Of a DNA stretch of 64,000 bases, positions 60,541 to 64,000 are shown one piece after another. The stretch lies in NCBI GenBank assembly GCA_030390025.1, contig CM059433.1, positions 31,808,001 through 31,872,000 of the forward strand, given 5' to 3'. This DNA is from Squalus acanthias. Taxonomy: Eukaryota. The notes below the pieces were generated by a model that saw nothing but the letters and a program-made list of their open reading frames with translations, was not told the origin of the DNA and ran no database searches. A program made the translations under genes and the position numbers. Position 1 is the first letter of the stretch. Every line of letters begins with the position of its first letter.

Positions 60541-61229
60541 CCCTCTACGACCTTGTTCTATTTAATTAAATTTGTATTTAAGAACTTGGTTTACAGTTTA
60601 GTTTCTTGACTACGTAATTGATCTAGATTAAGTTTTGGTTACTGAAATTAAATATCTACCTGTAACACAAAGCACTACAAGTAGTGTAGGTGAAAAGCAG
60701 CAACCCCTTCACCCTCTTCTCTGAATTCCCACTCTTTCTAAATTCCCAAATGAAACACTGTTTACGTGCACTCCGTTTAATCCCGCTCTGTGCATAATTC
60801 TGCAGACCCAGTTAATTTGTCCATTCTTTGGAACAGAAGAAGCTCCCATAAGTACATCCCTTCTTGAGTTTGCTGAGCCTCCTGAGGAAAGACACGGAAA
60901 CACCAGCTATGTGGAATGGACAACCAACCCCAAGGATGGAATAGATGGACTGGACCTTCTTCCTTGAAGTGGATTACTTACTGCTGGCAGAAGAGTGTTA
61001 GTTATATTGACAAGTTTATTTTTACTCTGCAAAGTGTTTTTCATAGAATGACAGGAATAGTTACTGGTCTTTTATATCAGGGACATTCTCACAGGAGCAA
61101 CAAAACCGTTCCACCTCCTCAAAAGGGTAAGTCTTGCAAATGTTAACAAAATGTTGTCTAAGTCAGATATTCTTTAAACATTTAATAGATCTTTTTAGTG
61201 TCCTTAGTTGTTTAAGGAAGTTTTCTTTA

Positions 61230-61450
61230 TAATTTGCTCTCAGGACGTGGGTTGTCATTTTGTGGCAAGGCACTTATTGGCCATCACTGGTTGTCATGAG
61301 AAAGTGGTGGTGGGCCTTCTTAGACTGCTGTGATCCTTGTGCTGAGGTGCTCGCACAATGGTGTTGGGGAGGGAATTCCATAATAATGACCCAGTGATGA
61401 TGAAGGAACAGCGATATATGTCCAAAGTCATGACGCTGTATGAATTGGGG
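61230..61450 (-). mobile_element. Old 3' tail fragment of the tRNA-headed LINE family
   Basis: Diverged reverse complement of ~620-835. Confidence 0.6.
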
Positions 61451-62383
61451 CAAAAGAGAATAACAAAACATTATTCTGCAGCTGAATAACATGGGACAGA
61501 AGTATCCAGACAGTGAGCAATCTGGGGAAGGGAGAAAAAAACCAACAGCTTGCATAACATTTTCTGGTCAGGAAGAGCATCTTTTATCCATCTTGATCCT
61601 TGTAGTGTGCTCCATAATCCTACAAAGCATTCCATTTCAGTTGTCCACCTGTGGTTAGCAACTTGAACAGGGGGTCCAATGCTAACTGTTACACGCGTCA
61701 GATATCAGTCAGATTCAGCTGTCGGGGAGATGCCTGTCGACTTCCCTGGGAACAGATCCAATCTGCAAATTAATCTATTTTTCTGAATGAGAGTCTTTCA
61801 CACCTGCTTTGTGATGGCTGCAGCAAGTGCTTCGTGACATTAGCAGGCTTGTTGATTATCCCGGTGTTTTTTGTTCTTTCTGGACTGAAAGGAGTGATTA
61901 AGGGATATGAAGAGGGTGGGATGGGATTACATAATAGAGGACTTAAAAGCCCAAATGATCCTACCCCATGAAGGTCAACATAGAAAACTAGCAAAGGCAG
62001 CTTCTAAAAAGCGAACACAGCGTGAAAAAAAAGCAGAGGAGTCAATCAGCCTGAAGATAGGCCTACGGCACATAGTTACACTGAAAGTAGAATAGGGCAT
62101 GGGTTTGTCATAATTTTAAGTTGCCTTATTTCTTGGGGCAAAATTGCAGACTATTGTGCATCTGTATTGGCAGTGTCGGTTGGTAAATCTGATTGTTAGA
62201 TAGGCCTCTGAAATCTATGTCTATTCCAGTGGACTCCCGCAGTATGTTTAGCGGGAGTCTGCCAGAACAACTGAATGCTACCGGAATTTAGCTACTATTT
62301 TCTGGGATGGCCTTGTGGGAGCAAAGCCTCAGCCCACCCCTATAAGACTACCGATATATGGGGGAGCGGGGACAAGGGTTCCT

Positions 62384-63758
62384 TCTTCTTAGGCAGTCCC
62401 TCGGAACCGAGGATGACTTGCTTCCACATTAAAAATGAGTTCTCAGGTGACTGATGAGTCCAATGCGGGACCTACACTCTCTGTCACAGGTGGGGCAGAC
62501 GGTGGTTGAAGGAGCAGGTGGGTGGGGTGCTTGGGTTGACGTGCGCTCCTTGCGCTGCCTGCACTTGGCTTCCGCTTGCTCCCGGCGAAGAGACTCGAGG
62601 TTTTCGGCGCCTTCCCGAATGCTTCTCCTCCACTTTGTGCGGTCTTGGGCCAGGGATTCCCAGGTGTCGGTGGGGATGTTACATTTTTTCAAGGAGGCTT
62701 TGAGGGTGTCCTTGAAGCGTTTCCTCTGCCCACCTGGGGCTCTCTTGCCGTGCTGGAGCTCCGAGTAGAGCGCTTGTTTTGGGAGTCTCGTATCGGGCAT
62801 GCAGACAATGTGACCCGTCCATCGGAGCTGATCGAGCGTGGTCAAAGCTTCGATGCTGGGGATGTTGGCCTGAGCAAGAACACTGACGTTGGTGCGCCTA
62901 TCCTGCCAATGGATTTGTAGGATCTTGCGGAGGCAGCGTTGGTGATACCTCTCCAGTGCTTTGAGGTGCCTGCTGAACATGGTCCATGTCTCTGAGGCAT
63001 ACAGCAGGGCGGGTATCACTGCTGCTCTGTAGACCATGAGCTTAGTGCCGGGTTTGAGGTCCTGGTCTTCAAACACTCTCTTCCTCAGGCGACCGAAGGC
63101 TGCACTGCCACACTGAAGGCGGTGTTAGACTTCGTCGTCGACGTCTGCCCTTGTTGACTGTAGGCTCCCAAGGTATGGAAAGTGGTCCACGTTGTCCGAG
63201 GCCTTGTCGTGGATTTTGATAATCGGGGGGCAGTACTGTGTGGCGGGGGCAGGTTGGTAGAGGACCTTTGTCTTACGGATGCTAAGTGTAAGGCCCATGC
63301 TCTCGTACGCTTCGGTGAAGGTGTTGACGATGGTTTGGAGTTTGACCTCCGAGTGAGCGCAGATGCAAGCATTGTCTGCATACTGTAATTCAACGACAGA
63401 GGATAGGACGACCTTGGATCTGGACTGGAGGCGACGGAGGTTGAACAGTTTCCCGTTTGTTCTGTAAATTAGCTCCACTCCAGCGGGGAGCTTACTGAGG
63501 GTGAGATGGAGCATTGCCGCAAGGAATATCGAGAAGAGCGTTGGTGCGATGACACAGCCTTGCTTGACCCCGGTTCGTACGTGAATTGGGTCTGTGGTGG
63601 AACTGTTGGTCAGGATCACGGCTTGCATGTCGTCGTGAAGCTGGCGGAGGATGGTGACAAACTTTTGAGGGCAGCCGAATTTGCGGAGGACACTCCATAA
63701 TCCCTCACGGTTGACAGTGTCGAAGGCCTTTGTGAGATCAAAGAAGGCCATGTACAGC
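62384..63758 (-). mobile_element. RTE-clade LINE, 5'-truncated
   Basis: AFFDLTKAFDTV, GVKQGCVIAPTLF, YADN, C-terminal CPTC..RIGLISHLRTH, (AAG)n tail, TSD GGTTCCT (62377-62383 and 63759-63765). Confidence 0.95.
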
Positions 63759-64000
63759 GGTTCCTACCCCTCAGCCGTCAGTCGAGACCTGATGCTGCAT
63801 CAGCCAAGTTACGCCTGGTCTCACCAGAAGTATTTCACCAAAACCAATAGAAGTAGGATACACCTGGTGGTCCAAGCTAGGGTCAGGCCTGGACAATCTT
63901 AAGCTCAGAGGTGGTGAAGTCTTTTTAAAAAAAAATTAAACTAGCTCCTAAAACAATGAGGCCATGATCTGCAGCTTTTTTGGTGGTAGTTTGGAAGAGA

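Larger units (their letters stand above)
50032..60600 (-). mobile_element. Near full-length CR1 LINE (ORF1, ORF2, 3' UTR) hosting three nested insertions
   Basis: ORF1 60540-59614; APE (RRDRQNGKGGGVAL, VYRP, MGDFN, SDH); RT (NYRPVSLTS, KFADDTKL); 3' (AAGAACAT)n on the + strand. Confidence 0.92.

Overview
This is eukaryotic, repeat-saturated DNA. The repeat repertoire (HE1/V-SINE-like, Deu/SacSINE-like and LF-SINE-like SINEs, abundant CR1 and L2 LINEs, Penelope, RTE) points to a cartilaginous fish, probably a shark. Family names come from recognition, not database searches. The window is dominated by nested transposable elements. About ten PIF/Harbinger copies are present, including a near-intact two-gene element at 55034-59229 (open DDE transposase, three-exon Myb/SANT gene, TIRs, TAA TSD). 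Also present are a near full-length CR1 with an esterase-type ORF1, two Penelope remnants with minimal hammerhead ribozymes (one inside a ~480-bp spacer-less palindrome), an ORF1-only Tx1-like retroelement inserted in the tRNA-derived head of a SINE, a LINE family apparently carrying a tRNA-derived 5' head, and a ~1.5-kb candidate solo LTR. Host-gene signal is limited to putative terminal exons at 2161-2584 (+) and a chain of weak minus-strand exon candidates. No CRISPR or other prokaryotic features are supported.
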